Positions 40,410-54,096 of a stretch of DNA of 64,000 nt are shown piece after piece. The stretch's first letter is position 1, and every line of letters begins with the position of its first letter. Origin of the DNA: Lama glama. Taxonomy: Eukaryota. The stretch covers positions 84,880,001 to 84,944,000 of the forward strand of contig CM052816.1 in NCBI GenBank assembly GCA_028534125.1. The letters are read 5' to 3'. The position numbers and the translations under genes are program-made. The notes beneath the pieces are model-generated. The model made no database searches, was not told where the DNA came from, and saw only the letters and a program-made list of their open reading frames with translations.

Positions 40410-40930
40410 AACGAAAAAAAAATTGAGACTTGGCAAGAGATTTTGAAGTGCATTTTAGCTATGTCTTCAAAATTAACAAAAATAAAAAATAATAGTTGAT
40501 GCAACAATTCTCCCATCAGAAATATATCCATTAGATACCTACCATCTTAGAAATACATAAAGATATATGTACAAGCATATTCATTATATCACTGGATAAA
40601 ATAATCAGTGACAACAACAAAATAATGAACCTAAACATCCATTCATTAAAGATTTCTTAAGTAAGAATGAAAATTTCCTTCACTGTGAAAAATGAGTATA
40701 TGAAAGTTAAAATGATATGAGAAGCTCTGAGATAAATTATTCAGTGAAAAAACAGTGCAGGAGACTTTTTAATTTTAGGAGGACAAATAATATAAGTTAA
40801 TAGCTTCATATTTATACTTCATATAGTAGACTGTATTTCAGGTCAATGAGGTGAGAATAGATGGAATTTTTATGTTTACTTTGCTTTATATAGTATCTTA
40901 ATTCTTTATCTTTTTCACATGTTACTTTCA
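40410..40930 (+). mobile_element. Very old L1ME-type 3' fragment
   Basis: gcaacaattctcccatcagaaatatatcc...aaagatatatgtacaagcatattcatt...aacctaaacatccattcatt. Confidence 0.55.
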
Positions 40931-41039
40931 TACTAATGAAAACCACCAACCCTTCAATCCAGTTTTGCCTGGCATAAGAACCTGTTCAGACATGGCCTTA
41001 CTGAGTTTAAATTCTAGGCACTTCCCCCAGTAATACCAA

Positions 41040-41640
41040 AATCCTTATTGTCCTTAGATCATATCATGCTTCTTATACCTCCAGCATTTTATAAATGGTT
41101 TGTTCTTTTTTCAAATTGTCCTGTACTATCTGCCACCTCATTGGTTTGCCATCAACTTAATATAACACTTGTTCATCTTTCAAAATTCACCTCATATATC
41201 ATCAATTCTAGGAAAGTTTCTCTCATATCTTTGCCGGGTTTCTTGTCACCCCTGAACATATTTCTTAATATTCTCAATAATATCATTTTGTATTTCCTTT
41301 GTTTGGATGTTTTGCATTCCACTAAAATGTAAATTCATTGAATTAATGTGTATGTTTTTATCTCTGCAGATATAATGGAATGCATAGTTGCTGGTATACA
41401 GTAGGATCTATAATTTGCATCTAATAAAAAAATATAAGAATTTTTTACAAAGGAGGTTTAAAGGGCTGAGTGTAATTTAAGATAGAATAATGTGAATACC
41501 TTTCACTGTTTCACGGTTTCTCTTTACTAGAATATAAGCTCCATTCAGCAGACATTTTCATTTGTGTATTTCATTGCTACATTCCTAATGCCTTAAAAAG
41601 TGCCTGGAATATATTTTAATACTTAACAAGTGAATACATT
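41040..41640 (+). mobile_element. L2 fragments (two 3' termini)
   Basis: ccactaaaatgtaaattcattgaa... and actagaatataagctccattcagcagac...ttcattgctacattcctaatgccttaaaaagtgcctggaat. Confidence 0.6.
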
Positions 41641-41789
41641 TATAAGTACTCTTTTCGAGGAAACTTAGAATAATTAAGTAACTTTCCTAAAGGTTTTACT
41701 TTACAATCAATTTAAATTAGGATACAGTTTTAATTTCCAGGGGAGCAGTCCAACAGAACTTGGTGTTGAAAATTATGAGCAAGGCTACT

Positions 41790-42250
41790 GCTTTAGAGGG
41801 ACTTACTCATATAAATCTGGTATTTAATGAAACTAGTGGGAATTAAGTTATGAGGGCAACAAATTTAGAAAGAAAAGACAAGAGAAAAGAAGACAAGAGA
41901 AGAGAAGGGAAGACAATAGAAGAGAACTCTAGGTCTGAACACTGAGGAATGCATGCTTTTGGGGAGCAGGAAAAAAACTTGTCATTCCAGAAAGACTCAG
42001 AAATATACAGATAAAGAGAGGCTACAGGAGAACCAGAAAAATTCAGCATTACAAAACTCAAGCAAGGATAATTTGTAGTGATTGTGTAGAAAATGATGTC
42101 ACTACAATATATTTATTTAGCTGGGCCAAGAGAAATACAGGATTTGTTAACTCTGAAAGAACACTTCACTTTTGTGGATAGAAGTCAAATTGTGGACAAA
42201 TCCTTGGGAACGTTAGAAGAGTAATTTGAGAAAGTTATCAGAGACTTTCT
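41790..42250 (-). mobile_element. L2 fragment
   Basis: ggtctgaacactgaggaatgcatgcttttgggg...aggagaaccagaaaaattcagcattacaaaactcaagcaagg. Confidence 0.5.
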
Positions 42251-42371
42251 AATGTATTATAGAAAAAAGAAAAAGCGGAAGCTTTTCAAAGCAGCAGAAA
42301 TACAGTATTTTGTTTGTTCTTTGGATAATTAGAGGCAATCAAGTGATGTATATTCAGGAGAATAATTTGAA

Positions 42372-42760
42372 TGTGGATTGCATCTTAGATTGTTTCCTAG
42401 GAAGCAGATTCTCAGACAGAGCTTTGTATAAAGAAGATATTAGGGAGCACTCTGGGAACAAGAGCCACGAGGTAGTAAAAAAGTGAAGATTGGACACAGG
42501 GAGAGGTTGAACTGTGATATTGTTACAAAAGCCAGCCCCATTAATTGTCTTTCAGAGCTCCTGCAGATTGAGACAAAGAGCCTAGACCTTTGCACTCTGA
42601 ATCAATACAACACAGGATGTGGGGAGCCCCGGGGAAGAGTGTATCCTTGAGTAAGGTGGCTCCCTTTCACTGAGTTGCAATGACTGAAGAGAACCTCATT
42701 GGTAAACTGGGGAAGTAAGTGCCCTAGTTCTGAAGAGGAGATAAGGTTTATTAGAATATA
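42372..42760 (-). mobile_element. ERVL-type solo LTR (LTR16-like)
   Basis: tgtggattgcatcttagattgtttcctaggaagcagattctcagacagagc...ttagggagcactctggg...ggattggacacagggagaggttgaactgtgat. Confidence 0.7.
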
Positions 42761-45700
42761 TAGGTTTATGGCTCTAAATTCAACTGGCAAAAATAGTATA
42801 TACTATAATATATTACATTAATTATAAGTGTTTTGCTTTATTCTATATTGTCATAGAATTCAAAATTTTTGTGTTGCTGTTATTACTGCTGTTGTAATGC
42901 TTTTGAATCAGTTCTACTGAGAACATGAAAAATAATGAACCAAATTAATCTAGCACTCTGGTTCTTTCTGCCACTCTGGTTTCCACATTTCTTGGGACAA
43001 ACTCAGAAGTGTTCAAAAGTTAGGCTGAAATAATAAATTCAGTTTCTAGTTGTCTAATTATTGTTTCTTGTTCATAAAGCTAGTATTTGTATTACCAACT
43101 GCAAAAGAGAGAGATTTTACTTTAATGGTATAATAGGAAAACTGTTTTACAGATATGGCCAGTTAAAAGTCAGTACTAATGTTACCTGGATGTTTTAATT
43201 AAAAGAGTTTTTTGATACAGGAATTGACAATTATTCTGTTAAAAAGGCATAATATGTAAAGGATGTTCTAATATATCTCAGGTAATTGATGAATTCCCTC
43301 ATTGCCTGTCCCAGTAAAATCACTAGGAGACTAAAAAGAATGAAACATATTAGCTGGAAATATTTCCTAAGGAGATAAGTGATTGGAATTTTGCTGAATC
43401 AGAAGCTGTATTACTGATCTCTCACCAACCACCACCCTAAAAAAAACAAAAACAAAAACAAAAACAAAACCCAAAGGTTCCTAAGTATAATAGTATTTAG
43501 GAAATTTATTTGGTTCATAAAGGCAAAACTATCTCACTCAATCAACACACTTGTTACTTTCCTGGGACAAGAGAAAGATACATGGAGAAAAAATAGTACA
43601 GAATTTATAGTTTTATATATTTTATAACTTTGATACCTATGAATTCTTTAAAAAAAGGATACACCATAACATAGCAGGCCAAAATCTTAGAGAGCAGACA
43701 CAAATGTTTCCTCGTGGTGCTCTCAGAAATCTGGCTTCAGTGAGATTTGGAATGGAAAACAATCCCCATGTTCTATAATGAGTGTGTGTGTGTGTTTGTG
43801 TGAATCATCATGGAGGCTTGCTCTGTGTTGAGGTAAGTTTTGTGAAGATAAGAGTCTTTTCTTGAATAAAGCAATACTATAGCTCTGTTACAAAGCTTGT
43901 GAAAATATGATTCACAATGTCTTGATTACATTTAGCATGAACACTCATACTTTTCTTTTCTTATTTTATGGAATATTATATTGTTAATCCTGTCATAGAC
44001 CTTGACTATAATTTGGTAAAAGCTATTCAATTTAGTAAAATGGATTATCTTTTCCAAGAGCTTGCTAGTATTTATTCAGAAAGATTTTCAAACTCCTATT
44101 CTATTAATCTTTAAGTTCCAGTTAAATATACATTTTCCCACCTCTTTATTTTGTGCTTCAGTTAACATTCATAGAGTTACATAATCTCTGTGGATCCCTT
44201 TACAATGTCCATTGAAATAATGTATCATTAAAAAAAAGAATGACAAAAGAGTAGTTAATTACCAATCTGCACTAATGTTCATATGATACATGGTAAAGGT
44301 AATCTTGAATTTATGCTCATCACTGTAGAAAAATATATATATTAATGAAGTAAAAACTCCTGGGTTTCTCTGTTTCAGAAACTTTGGAAGAAGGTTAATG
44401 GTGGCTACTGATTGACTGACTGATTGATTTGTTGTTGATTCCACATCTTTGTAGCAAGATATAAAGTGTTAATCTATACTGCTCTGGTTGAGGTCAAATG
44501 TCAGCAATGCACAGTTGCTGTTGCCACAGCCCAGGAAAAAGAACTGACGTTCAATGCCTTTGTACTTATCCTTATTTTTTCCATATACTTTGAAAGAGTC
44601 TAAGACATAAATGGCTTATCCAAAATAATTTAAAAAGTAGTCCATCAGAGAGCACCTAAAAGGGAACTGGAGCCAGAAGCCTGATTCGCTGCTATCATAC
44701 ATAGGAATGTAAATTATTTGGGTACTGTTTTATGCTTTACATTTTCCTCTAGGCAAAACAAGTACTATTCCTTTAAAAGGACAAAAGTCTGAAGGCTATA
44801 GATTGATGATTATATCATTACCAGTAGTTCTAAACGATCAATTCTAATATGGTTTAGTGAGTTCTGATCATTATTCAGTATTTATATGAATCATAGTAAT
44901 TGTATTTGCAAATAATGGCAACATGAGTAATTTTTTACCTTTTTTATATTCTCATGAAATCATTGCTGATTAACCTGTTCAAAGAAAATAGATTTTTGGG
45001 GATAGTAAAATATACTGACTTAGTTTTTAGGAGGGTACTTTTTATTAAGGAAATATTTTTTTTAAGAAAAAAAGTTGAACGGATTAGACGGAGAGTGAGA
45101 TCTTTAGAGCAGAATTAAAACCCAATACAAAAAGAGAGGTAAAATGAGAAAGTTTGGGGCTATTTTGGTCCTATTGGTGGGTAGTGCAACAGGAGAGGAC
45201 AGAGGTAAGGAGACTACTGGTGACAGAGGCTAACTGCTCTGATTAAGGATTAATAAAAGTCAGTAATAAAACCCTGTGTTTGGAAGCAAAAGAGGACTCT
45301 AAGATAATGAACACATAGTGTTAAATTTCTGGATAGTGGTCAAAGTAACTCTGTGCTAGGGCTTTCATGTAGTAAATGAAATCTCCTACAACAAAATTAA
45401 AATTATGTATGGATCTGTTATGTATGTTAATTGGTTCACTGGTTGGGTAGAAATTAGGTGGATTAAATTTATTTTTTCTTATTTTCTTTACTTTAAGAAA
45501 AAAATATATATAGATGATGATCTGAAAGACACAAGGGAAGAGGAGTAAAAGTGATAGAATATTGGCATCCTTGATAATTGTTCAGCTAAATGGAGCTGGC
45601 TTTGCATTTCGGTAGGATATTAAAAGGGGTTAGTGCAGTTCTATTTAAACTTTCAAAAGGTCAGAATATACCAACTGATACAGAGTTTATAGTTGGAGAT

Positions 45701-46309
45701 TTAATATCTACTTGAAAATCAATGCTACTTAAATGACAAATGAAAATCCTCAAAGCCTCAAGATCATATGAATTTTCTTAATATCTACTAGCCATTAAAA
45801 TCATGCCACTTTTTAGTTTTAGTTTGTTTCCTAATTGAACTATTAATACTTTCCAGAGATTTTTAATTTTTTTCGAAGTAACTGATTGTCTTTTTTATGT
45901 CGCACAATGTATAAGTATCACTCTCAACACAAAGCCTCCAGTGCCATAACTGTATTATGAATTGGAAAGTCTAACCTGATGTCTAAACTTTCATTGTTTT
46001 ATAATGGCATATGGAAGGTAAACTGTGCCTGTGAATGAACTGTCTTAATTTTATCCTCACATTTAACTAATTACTGAATATGAACTAATTTTCAAAATAA
46101 CTTCTGCATAAACATAAACAGCACTGGTCACTCTTTATCTTTTAGTGTCCAAAGCTGTTGATGGGAACATTCCTGCACAGGTGATCTTCTCTCTGGAAGC
46201 ATTTAGTATGCGTTCTCTTTATGTAGTATCGTAAAATTTCATGATCACAGAAGAAGAAAGAAATCAACATTAAGAGGATCTGATTTCTTATGTTTCATCA
46301 CTTTATCAT

Positions 46310-47300
46310 TTTTATAGTTTTTTGGAAATATTACTAACAAAAATCTTTTTGAAGTATATAATTCAGTGGAATTTAGTACACTTTCAGTGTGCAACCATCA
46401 CTTTTTATCTAATTCTAAAACATTTTTTATCACTGCCTCAAATAAACCCTATACCCATTACGCAGTCACTACCTAGTTCCCCCTAGCCCCAGCCCTGTCA
46501 ACCACTAACCTGTTTCCTATCTTTAATTATTTTCTCATTTTGGATATTTCATACAAATGGAATCTATAATTTGTCATCTTTTATTTCAAGCTTCTTTCAT
46601 TTAGCATAACATTTCTGAGGTTCATCCACACTGTAGCCCTTGTCAGTACTTCATTTCTTTTTAAAATTGAGTAAAATCCCATTATATGAATACACCACAT
46701 TTTGTTTATCCATTCATCCAGTAATGGATCTTTGGTATCAGTTTTGTGCTATTGTAAGTAGTGCTGCTCTGGACATTCAAGTACACATACTTGTTTCAAT
46801 ATATGTTTTCAATTGTGGAGGGTATACAATTAGGAGTGAAAATGCTGGGGCACATGCTAATTATATTTTTAACTTTTTGATACTACAAAAACCTTTTCAT
46901 GTTTGGTTGGTCTTTTGTATATCAACTTTGAGGAAAAAAACATTCAAACCCTTTGACCATTTTTTAAATTGTGTTGTCTTTTGGTGTTAAGTTGTAAGAA
47001 TTCTTTATATATTCTGGGTACTAGACTTTTATGAGATACATGTTTTGAAAATATTTCCTTCCATTATGTAGGTTACTTTTTTACTTTCCTGATAGTGTCT
47101 TTTGATGCATAATGGTTTTTGTTTGTTCATTTTTGGTTTTTTCTATGATATCCAGTTTATCTATGTCTTCTTTTGTTGCTTGTATTTTTGGTATCATATA
47201 TAAGAATATACTGTTAAATCCTTCTTCTAAGAGTTTTATATTTTTAGCTCTTAAACTTAGGTCATTGATCTATCCTGAGTTAATTTTGGGCACTGTTTTG
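46310..47300 (-). mobile_element. L1MB-type 3' end
   Basis: gaagtatataattcagtggaatttagtacac...tgtgcaaccatcac...aaaccctatacccatta...ccccagccctgtcaaccactaacc...ataccacattttgtttatccattcatccag. Confidence 0.85.
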
Positions 47301-47519
47301 TTTTTATCCCTACTTTTGTCCAGTTGTTCTTATCAATATTTTTGCATTTGCTCTTATTACACAGATTCTTTCTGGATTTCTAACTGTTTTTCTTTTATAG
47401 TGAAATATTTTATTGTGGTGAATGTAAGTCTTTCTAAGTATAATAAACATATATTTAGAATTTGTTTACAGTAAATTTGTCTTCACTGTACTGATGCAGT
47501 ATCTTTTGGGTGCAATTTT

Positions 47520-47614
47520 CTTGTTATTTTTTTTTAACTTTTTTTTATTGAGTGATACTCATTTTACAATGTTGTGTCAAATTCCAGTGTAGAGCACAAT
47601 TTTTCAGTTATACA
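47520..47614 (-). mobile_element. 3' end of a young, lineage-specific L1 running into the gap
   Basis: Poly-T followed by attgagtgatactcattttacaatgttgtgtcaaattccagtgtagagcacaatttttcagttataca, matching my recollection of the camelid L1 3' terminus. Confidence 0.7.
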
Positions 47615-48114
47615 NNNNNNNNNNNNNNNNNNNNNNNNNNNNNNNNNNNNNNNNNNNNNNNNNNNNNNNNNNNNNNNNNNNNNNNNNNNNNNNNNNNNNN
47701 NNNNNNNNNNNNNNNNNNNNNNNNNNNNNNNNNNNNNNNNNNNNNNNNNNNNNNNNNNNNNNNNNNNNNNNNNNNNNNNNNNNNNNNNNNNNNNNNNNNN
47801 NNNNNNNNNNNNNNNNNNNNNNNNNNNNNNNNNNNNNNNNNNNNNNNNNNNNNNNNNNNNNNNNNNNNNNNNNNNNNNNNNNNNNNNNNNNNNNNNNNNN
47901 NNNNNNNNNNNNNNNNNNNNNNNNNNNNNNNNNNNNNNNNNNNNNNNNNNNNNNNNNNNNNNNNNNNNNNNNNNNNNNNNNNNNNNNNNNNNNNNNNNNN
48001 NNNNNNNNNNNNNNNNNNNNNNNNNNNNNNNNNNNNNNNNNNNNNNNNNNNNNNNNNNNNNNNNNNNNNNNNNNNNNNNNNNNNNNNNNNNNNNNNNNNN
48101 NNNNNNNNNNNNNN
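47615..48114. other. Assembly gap (500 N)
   Basis: Run of N. The left edge is the 3' end of a young L1. Confidence 1.
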
Positions 48115-49554
48115 TTCTAACCTTTACATGTATTCTCTGATGTTACATTTGTTACATGATTAGCAAAACTAAAATAAGGATTGGTGTCAGGCCTGGATAA
48201 TTCGTATTTTAAACCCTTAGGGCTACCAGTAGAGATGAAGTGGCATGAGCTATATCATGTCCTAGTCCTAAGGAACTTTAGCCACATCCGTTTTCAAGCA
48301 ATTTCTTTTCTGTTGATACTGGATGGATTTCTGGACACATGAGATATTTGTAGGGTTTTAAGGGAATTTATCTCTCAGCTATCAGTGATTGGTGGAGCCC
48401 TCTTATGTCCTTTTCTTTCATAAACCCCAATAGCGCTATAAATCCAACTAGGGCATTCCCTTAGCATTCCATTGTCTGAGTTGCCATCTGTTTTTTTTTT
48501 TTTAATTGTTGTTTAAAGAACAACATTTTATAGTGATTTTAAGTCAAGATTTACATAAAATAAAAGTAAAACCACGCAACTGTTCTTAAGAGCTTGACGA
48601 TGTCACATGTATACATACACTCACACACACGCGTGTGCATGCACACACACACACAAATTTGCGACCACTTCTCAGAACAAGGAATAGAGTCACCATCATT
48701 TATGAAAGTGCCATTTTGACTTTTCCAGTCAATATACTGATACTGTGACTTATTTTCATCATAAATAGTTTTGCATGTTTTTGTTTTTGAACTTTGTATA
48801 AATAGAATCATACAAGATGTTCATTTGTATGTTTGACTTCTTTTTAGTCACTGTACTATATTTGAAATTCGTACGTGTTGTTTAATGTGTCAGCATTTTG
48901 TTTTTTAATGCTGAGTAGTGTTTGATTGTATGGACATAATAATTAGTTTATCAATTCTATTAATTATCAGATTATTTTGAATAAACATATAGACACTTTG
49001 ATACAATAAAAAATTAATATGAACAATATAAATTTTTATACAAGTGTTTAAGTGCACATTGTTATATATATATATGGGTACCCACAAAGGAGTAAGTATA
49101 ATTAGTAGGTCTTAGGATAAGTATATAGTTGATTTTATTAAAAACTATGAAAGAGTTTATCAGATCTGTAAAATAAGGACAAAAATTGGACAGATTTTTG
49201 CACAGCTTATTTTTGTCAGTTTAGTTTTCAATTTCAGGTATTCTGGAAGTTGTGTAGTATTTCCCACTGAACTTTCAAGGTTGAAGCATTTTGATGAAGA
49301 ATAGCATTATTGAAAATGTTTTTATATGTTTATTGAGTATTCAACTATCTACTTTTGTGAAATGCCTATTGCTCTTCAGCCCATTTTGCATTGGTTGCAT
49401 TTTTTGTCTTTTATTTATTGATTTCTGATTTTTTCATATTTATAGAGATATGGCCTGTCCTAATACATATACTCTGCAAGTATTTAATTTCAGTCTATGG
49501 CTTGATTTTCACTTTCTTTACACTGACTTTTTTTGTGACTTTGTATTTTTTGTT

Positions 49555-49870
49555 TTGTTTTTAATTAATAGAATTTATTTTTAAAGCAATTTTAAGTTTA
49601 CTAAAAAATGGATCAGAAAGTAGAGTTCCCGCTCCACTTACTTCATATAATTTCCCGTTATTATTAACATCATGCAATAGTGTCAAACATTTGTTAAAAT
49701 TGTTGTAACAAATATTGCAATACTGTAATTAACTAAACTCCACAGTTTAGAGTTTACTCTTTGTGCTGTACATTTTTAGGATTTTGACAAATGGATAGTG
49801 TCTTGGATCCACCATTATTTACTGAGCCCTAAAAATTTCATGTGCTCCATCTATTCACCTTTCCCTTACT
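49555..49870 (-). mobile_element. L1MC1/2-type 3' terminus nested in the older L1
   Basis: aatagaatttatttttaaagcaattttaagtttac...attattaacatc...acatttgttaaaattg...attaactaaactccacagttta...ggattttgacaaatg...gccctaaaaatttcatgtgctccatctattcacc. Confidence 0.75.
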
Positions 49871-50437
49871 TCCTCGAGGTTCTACTAAAAAAACAAAGAA
49901 CCAAGCAATGAATAAAAATAATTACAAATATGGTAGATATTAAATCAACTACATCAAGAAGCCAAAATACATCTCTATTAATTTCTGTGGATGATGTGAG
50001 GTATGGATGAAGTTTCTTCATTATTAAAATGCTGATATCAGGTTGCTTCAGCAAGATTTACTGAGAATTCTTTAACATTGAAACTGCATTGGCAGCTTTT
50101 TACAGACCCAAATGACTGTATATATGTGAGCTTATTTCTAGATTTTCTATTTATTCTTCTTTTTCTTTCTAATACCTCACTGGCCTCATTGTTGTAGCTA
50201 TGCAATAAGTTTTGGAATACAGTAATATGACTTTTCAATTTGTGATTAAAAATATTTGCTGGATTTTGATAAGGATAGCATTGATTCCATATATGACATA
50301 TGATATAAAATGTTAAAAATATTAAATATATATTTTTGGGGAAGAGGGAGGAAAGGCATAGTGCAGATCATACATAAACAGACTGTGGGCCAGATTAGTA
50401 CATAGCATAATGTGGTGAATGTTTCAAGTGTACTTTA

Positions 50438-50525
50438 TAAGAGAGATTTGTTTTTTAATTGTTTTATTTATTTTCTTGGGGTGTAATTAAGTTTGCATAT
50501 TTCATTTTGAAGGGAGTGCTGGGGA
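50438..50525 (-). mobile_element. 5'-truncated tRNA-derived SINE (Vic-1-like) with a 15-bp target-site duplication
   Basis: The minus strand reads tccccagcactccc...aaacttaattacacccc plus an A-rich tail. It is flanked by ttcaagtgtacttta (50423-50437) and ttcatgtgtacttta (50526-50540). Confidence 0.65.
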
Positions 50526-50699
50526 TTCATGTGTACTTTAAAAAATGTGTATTATGCAGATGTTAGGATCTGTGTTACAGAAATATTATTGTGATTGATC
50601 TGGCTAATAGTATTGTCCAGATATCTTATATCTTTATAGAATTTGCTTTTCTGTCCTATAATTACTAAAATTAACATACTAAAATATCCAAGTGTAGAT

Positions 50700-52445
50700 A
50701 TTAGAATGAACTTTATATTGATACAACTAGCTTCATACAGATATATGTATATACATGGATTAGTACACAACCACATAAATATTTGCCTATTTTAATTTTT
50801 TACTGACATATATTTGGTTTATGATGTGTGTACAGCATAGTGATTCAGTTTATATATTGAATATATATATTCACATATATTCCTTTTCATACTCTTTTTC
50901 ATTATAGGATGTTACAAGATAGTGAATATAGTTCCCTGAGCTATACAGGACTTTGCTGTTTATTTATTTTATATATAGTAGTTGGTATCTGCAAAGCCTG
51001 AACTCCCAATGTATCCCTCTACCTCCCCTTCCCACCCTGGTAACCTAAGTTTGTTTTCTATGTCTGTGAGTCTATTTCTCTTTTGTAAGTAAATTCATTT
51101 GTATCTTTTTCTTAGATTCGACATATAAGTTATATCATATCACATTTGTCTTTCTCTTTCTGGCTTACTTCACTTAGTACGACAATCTCCACATCTATCC
51201 ATGTTGCTGCAAATGGCATTGCTTTATTATTTTTTATGGTTAAGTAGTATTTCATTGTATCTATATACCACAACTTCTTTATCCAGTCATTTGTTGATAG
51301 ACATTTAGATTGCTTCCCTGTCTTGGCTTCTGTAAATAGTGTTGCTGTGAACATTGGAGTGCATGTGTCTTTTCAAATTAGAGTTTCCTCCAGATACACC
51401 CATATATAATTTAATTGTTCTGTCAGCTGAGCAGTTCTAAAAGTGATACCCCAGCAGAAATCCACAGTAGCAATCTAGCAACTAGATCTTGGTTTCTAAT
51501 GTCATTCTTCAATAAAAAGAATCAAAGCTTGTTGAAGAAATAGCTGACTGTAGGACTGGGAAAGGAAATACAGAAGATGGTTCTGGAATATCTTGTACTG
51601 CCAAAAATTGAGAAAATGCACACACACAGAAACACACAATGAAGTTGAGGGTATAGCAAAAGGACACAATAATTGACTTTAAGGGTTTCCAATGGGCAAA
51701 GCTGAAAAAATTGGAGCATTAAAATAAAAAAATCCAAGTCCATGTTGATATTAATATATAACCAATCATAAATAAGTAAATGGGGGAGAATAAATAAATC
51801 TTCCATACAGAGCAACTCAAAATAATGTATGAAGATACTCCTCCTTCAAAGAGGTTAAGCGTATTTCCCCATTTCTTAAATGTTGGTAGAATTCAGTGAC
51901 TTCTTCCCAAAGAATACACTAAGGGAAGGGAGAAGTTGACAGTGGGGAAACTGGGCGAACACTAAGTCAATTAACTTAACATCAACAGTAATACATCATG
52001 TTGAAAGTACCCTTGATATGATGTGATGAAATGACACCTTACCACTGTGGTCTTTTTCTCCAAAACATATAATCCTATACAATCATGGGAAAGAACATCA
52101 GATAAATCCCATTAGAGGGCCATACTATAAATACATGGCATAATTCCTCAAAACTTTGGAGGTAATTAAAAACACAGAGAATCCTTGAAACTGTCACAGT
52201 ATAGAGAAGCCTAAGGGGCACGAGGACTAACTGTAGTTTAGATAAAAGATATTAGGTAAAAAGGAAGGGATTCAGAATAAAATAAAGACTTTAGATAATA
52301 ATAAATTGTCAACATTGGTTCATTAATTGTAAGAAACATGCTATAGTAATATGAGGTTAATAAAACAGAAACCAGGGGTGAGGTATGTGGGAACTAACTG
52401 TAGTATCTTTGTATTTTTTCTGTTAACCAAAAAATACTCTAAGAG
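50700..52445 (+). mobile_element. L1MC-type 3' UTR in sense orientation, interrupted by a younger antisense L1
   Basis: agatcttggtttctaatgtcattcttcaataaaaagaatc...ccaatgggcaaagctg...taccttgatatgatgtgatgaaatgacacctt...aacattggttcattaattgt...ggtatgtgggaactaactgtagtatcttt. Confidence 0.85.
50790..51400 (-). mobile_element. 5'-truncated L1 (ORF2 C-terminus plus 3' UTR), cetartiodactyl-type
   Basis: ORF 51130-51354(-) MFTATLFTEAKTGKQSKCLSTNDWIKKLWYIDTMKYYLTIKNNKAMPFAATWIDVEIVVLSEVSQKEKDK is clearly the L1 ORF2p C-terminus. The 3' UTR contains gtacagcatagtgattcagtt. Confidence 0.92.
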
Positions 52446-54052
52446 CATTAGTAACATAATGCACAGTATTAGGTGAACCTATCTATTCTTTGTACATAAA
52501 TTCTTATTTACTGCTTTAATTACATGTGATCACCTATTCTAAAATATCATCATTTTCATTATATATCTAATATATTCATTTCTCATAAGAAATAAAAGCT
52601 AATCATTTCCACAATAAAACTCAACTGTGATTTGGATTTGTATACTACTTCTTTTAGTTCTATGAAATGTGCTTCATGTGTTTTAAAATGTATTATTAGC
52701 TCCATGAACAATAATGATTATTATATTTCTGAGATAAAGCACCTTTCATTATTATGAAATATTCCTCTTTATTTCTCAAAGTTTATTTTGTCTGATATTA
52801 ATACATTCCACATGCTTCCTTACAATTATTATTTGCTATTGTTTTATTTCTTTACTTTAAATGTATCTGTGCTGCTATATTGAAATCATGGCTCTTGTAA
52901 TCTACATATAGTTAAGTATTTTTTAGTGGATTCTAATAATCTCTGTTACTTGAGGTTTTAGCCCATTATTGTACTGGCCTACTTGTATTACATTTGTTCC
53001 TTTATCCCTTCTTTGTTTCCTGCCTTTGTTTATAGAACAATGTTTCTATCGCTCTATCTCTTTCTTCACTAACTAGTATTCCACTTTACTTTCACTATTG
53101 TCTTTTCAGTTTTATCTTCTTCTGTTATTTAGCGACTGCTCTAAGGATTATGAAAAGATTATAAGGATAAGATAAATATCCATCCTTAATTTACTTATGT
53201 CCAACTGGAATATGATGCTATCACTGCAAAATGTCATAACTTTACAAAAGTACGATTCCATTTACCTTTCACACACTTGACTATTATTGCTATATAATTT
53301 ACTTTTAGTGTGTTGTATAAACCTCATATTGTATCGATATTATCCTACATTTAAACAGTCTATTGTCTTAAAGGAATATTTTAAAAGTCTCATATTTACC
53401 AACTGTATTGCCCTTTCCAAGGTTTCTCATTTCTTTATGTCAAGGATTCAATCTACAATTATTTCTATATTTAGATATTTATTTAGTATTGTTTAAAATG
53501 AAATCCTTATTACAGTAAATTCTCTCAGCATTTTTTTCTCTCAAAATGTTGTTATTTCTTCATTTTTGAAGGTTATTTGAACTGAACAATTCTGGGTTTC
53601 ATTACCTCTAATGTGAATTCAGATGTCTTTATTTTTGTATTTTCCTGAACATATGTTTATTCTTTGGATGCTTTAAAGATCTTTTCTTTCACAATAGGAC
53701 TAAAACTGATTAAAAATAACAGGAAAATAGGATAGTATATTGTGCATCATTCTTAACAGTTTAGTTTTTCTTGTTTATTTCAGATAAAACTACTTATTAT
53801 CTTTACTTATATCTTTACTTCTCTTCTCCAATTACATGTATGTTCGTTAGTTCACATATCTGAGTTGTTTGTTTTTCTGCTTCCATTGAGATGGGTATAT
53901 GTATATATATAATATATATAAATATATTTAAACTATATCATATATATAATACTCTCCTGATATTTCAATAATTGATTTATATTACTATATTCTGGGCATT
54001 GTAGATAATACAAACTCCTGTCAAGTCTTAATGTTTATATATATACACAGAC

Positions 54053-54053
<1 letters not shown>

Positions 54054-54091
<38 letters not shown>
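54054..54091. repeat. (TA)n microsatellite
   Basis: Uninterrupted TA run next to the ERV-L remnant. Confidence 0.95.
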
Positions 54092-54094
<3 letters not shown>

Positions 54095-54096
54095 CT

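Larger units (their letters stand above)
48490..53900 (-). mobile_element. Fragmented ancient L1 (L1ME-type; 3' end near 48500, ORF2/ORF1 remnants to ~53900) hosting several nested insertions
   Basis: Collinear reverse-L1 motifs at 48750-49520 (3' UTR/ORF2 end), 50000-50290, 50410-50700 and 52630-53700 (endonuclease/ORF1 region). Confidence 0.65.

Noticed and set aside
46640..47474. Hydrophobic 116-120 aa ORFs resembling membrane proteins
   Set aside because: These are the T-rich antisense strand of L1, which yields F/L/I/S-rich chance ORFs.
51130..51354. 74-aa ORF with clear protein similarity
   Set aside because: It is the C-terminus of L1 ORF2p in a 5'-truncated copy, not a host gene.
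50773..51415. Possible TSD around the nested L1 (cataaatattt vs catatataattt)
   Set aside because: Too imperfect and AT-rich to call.
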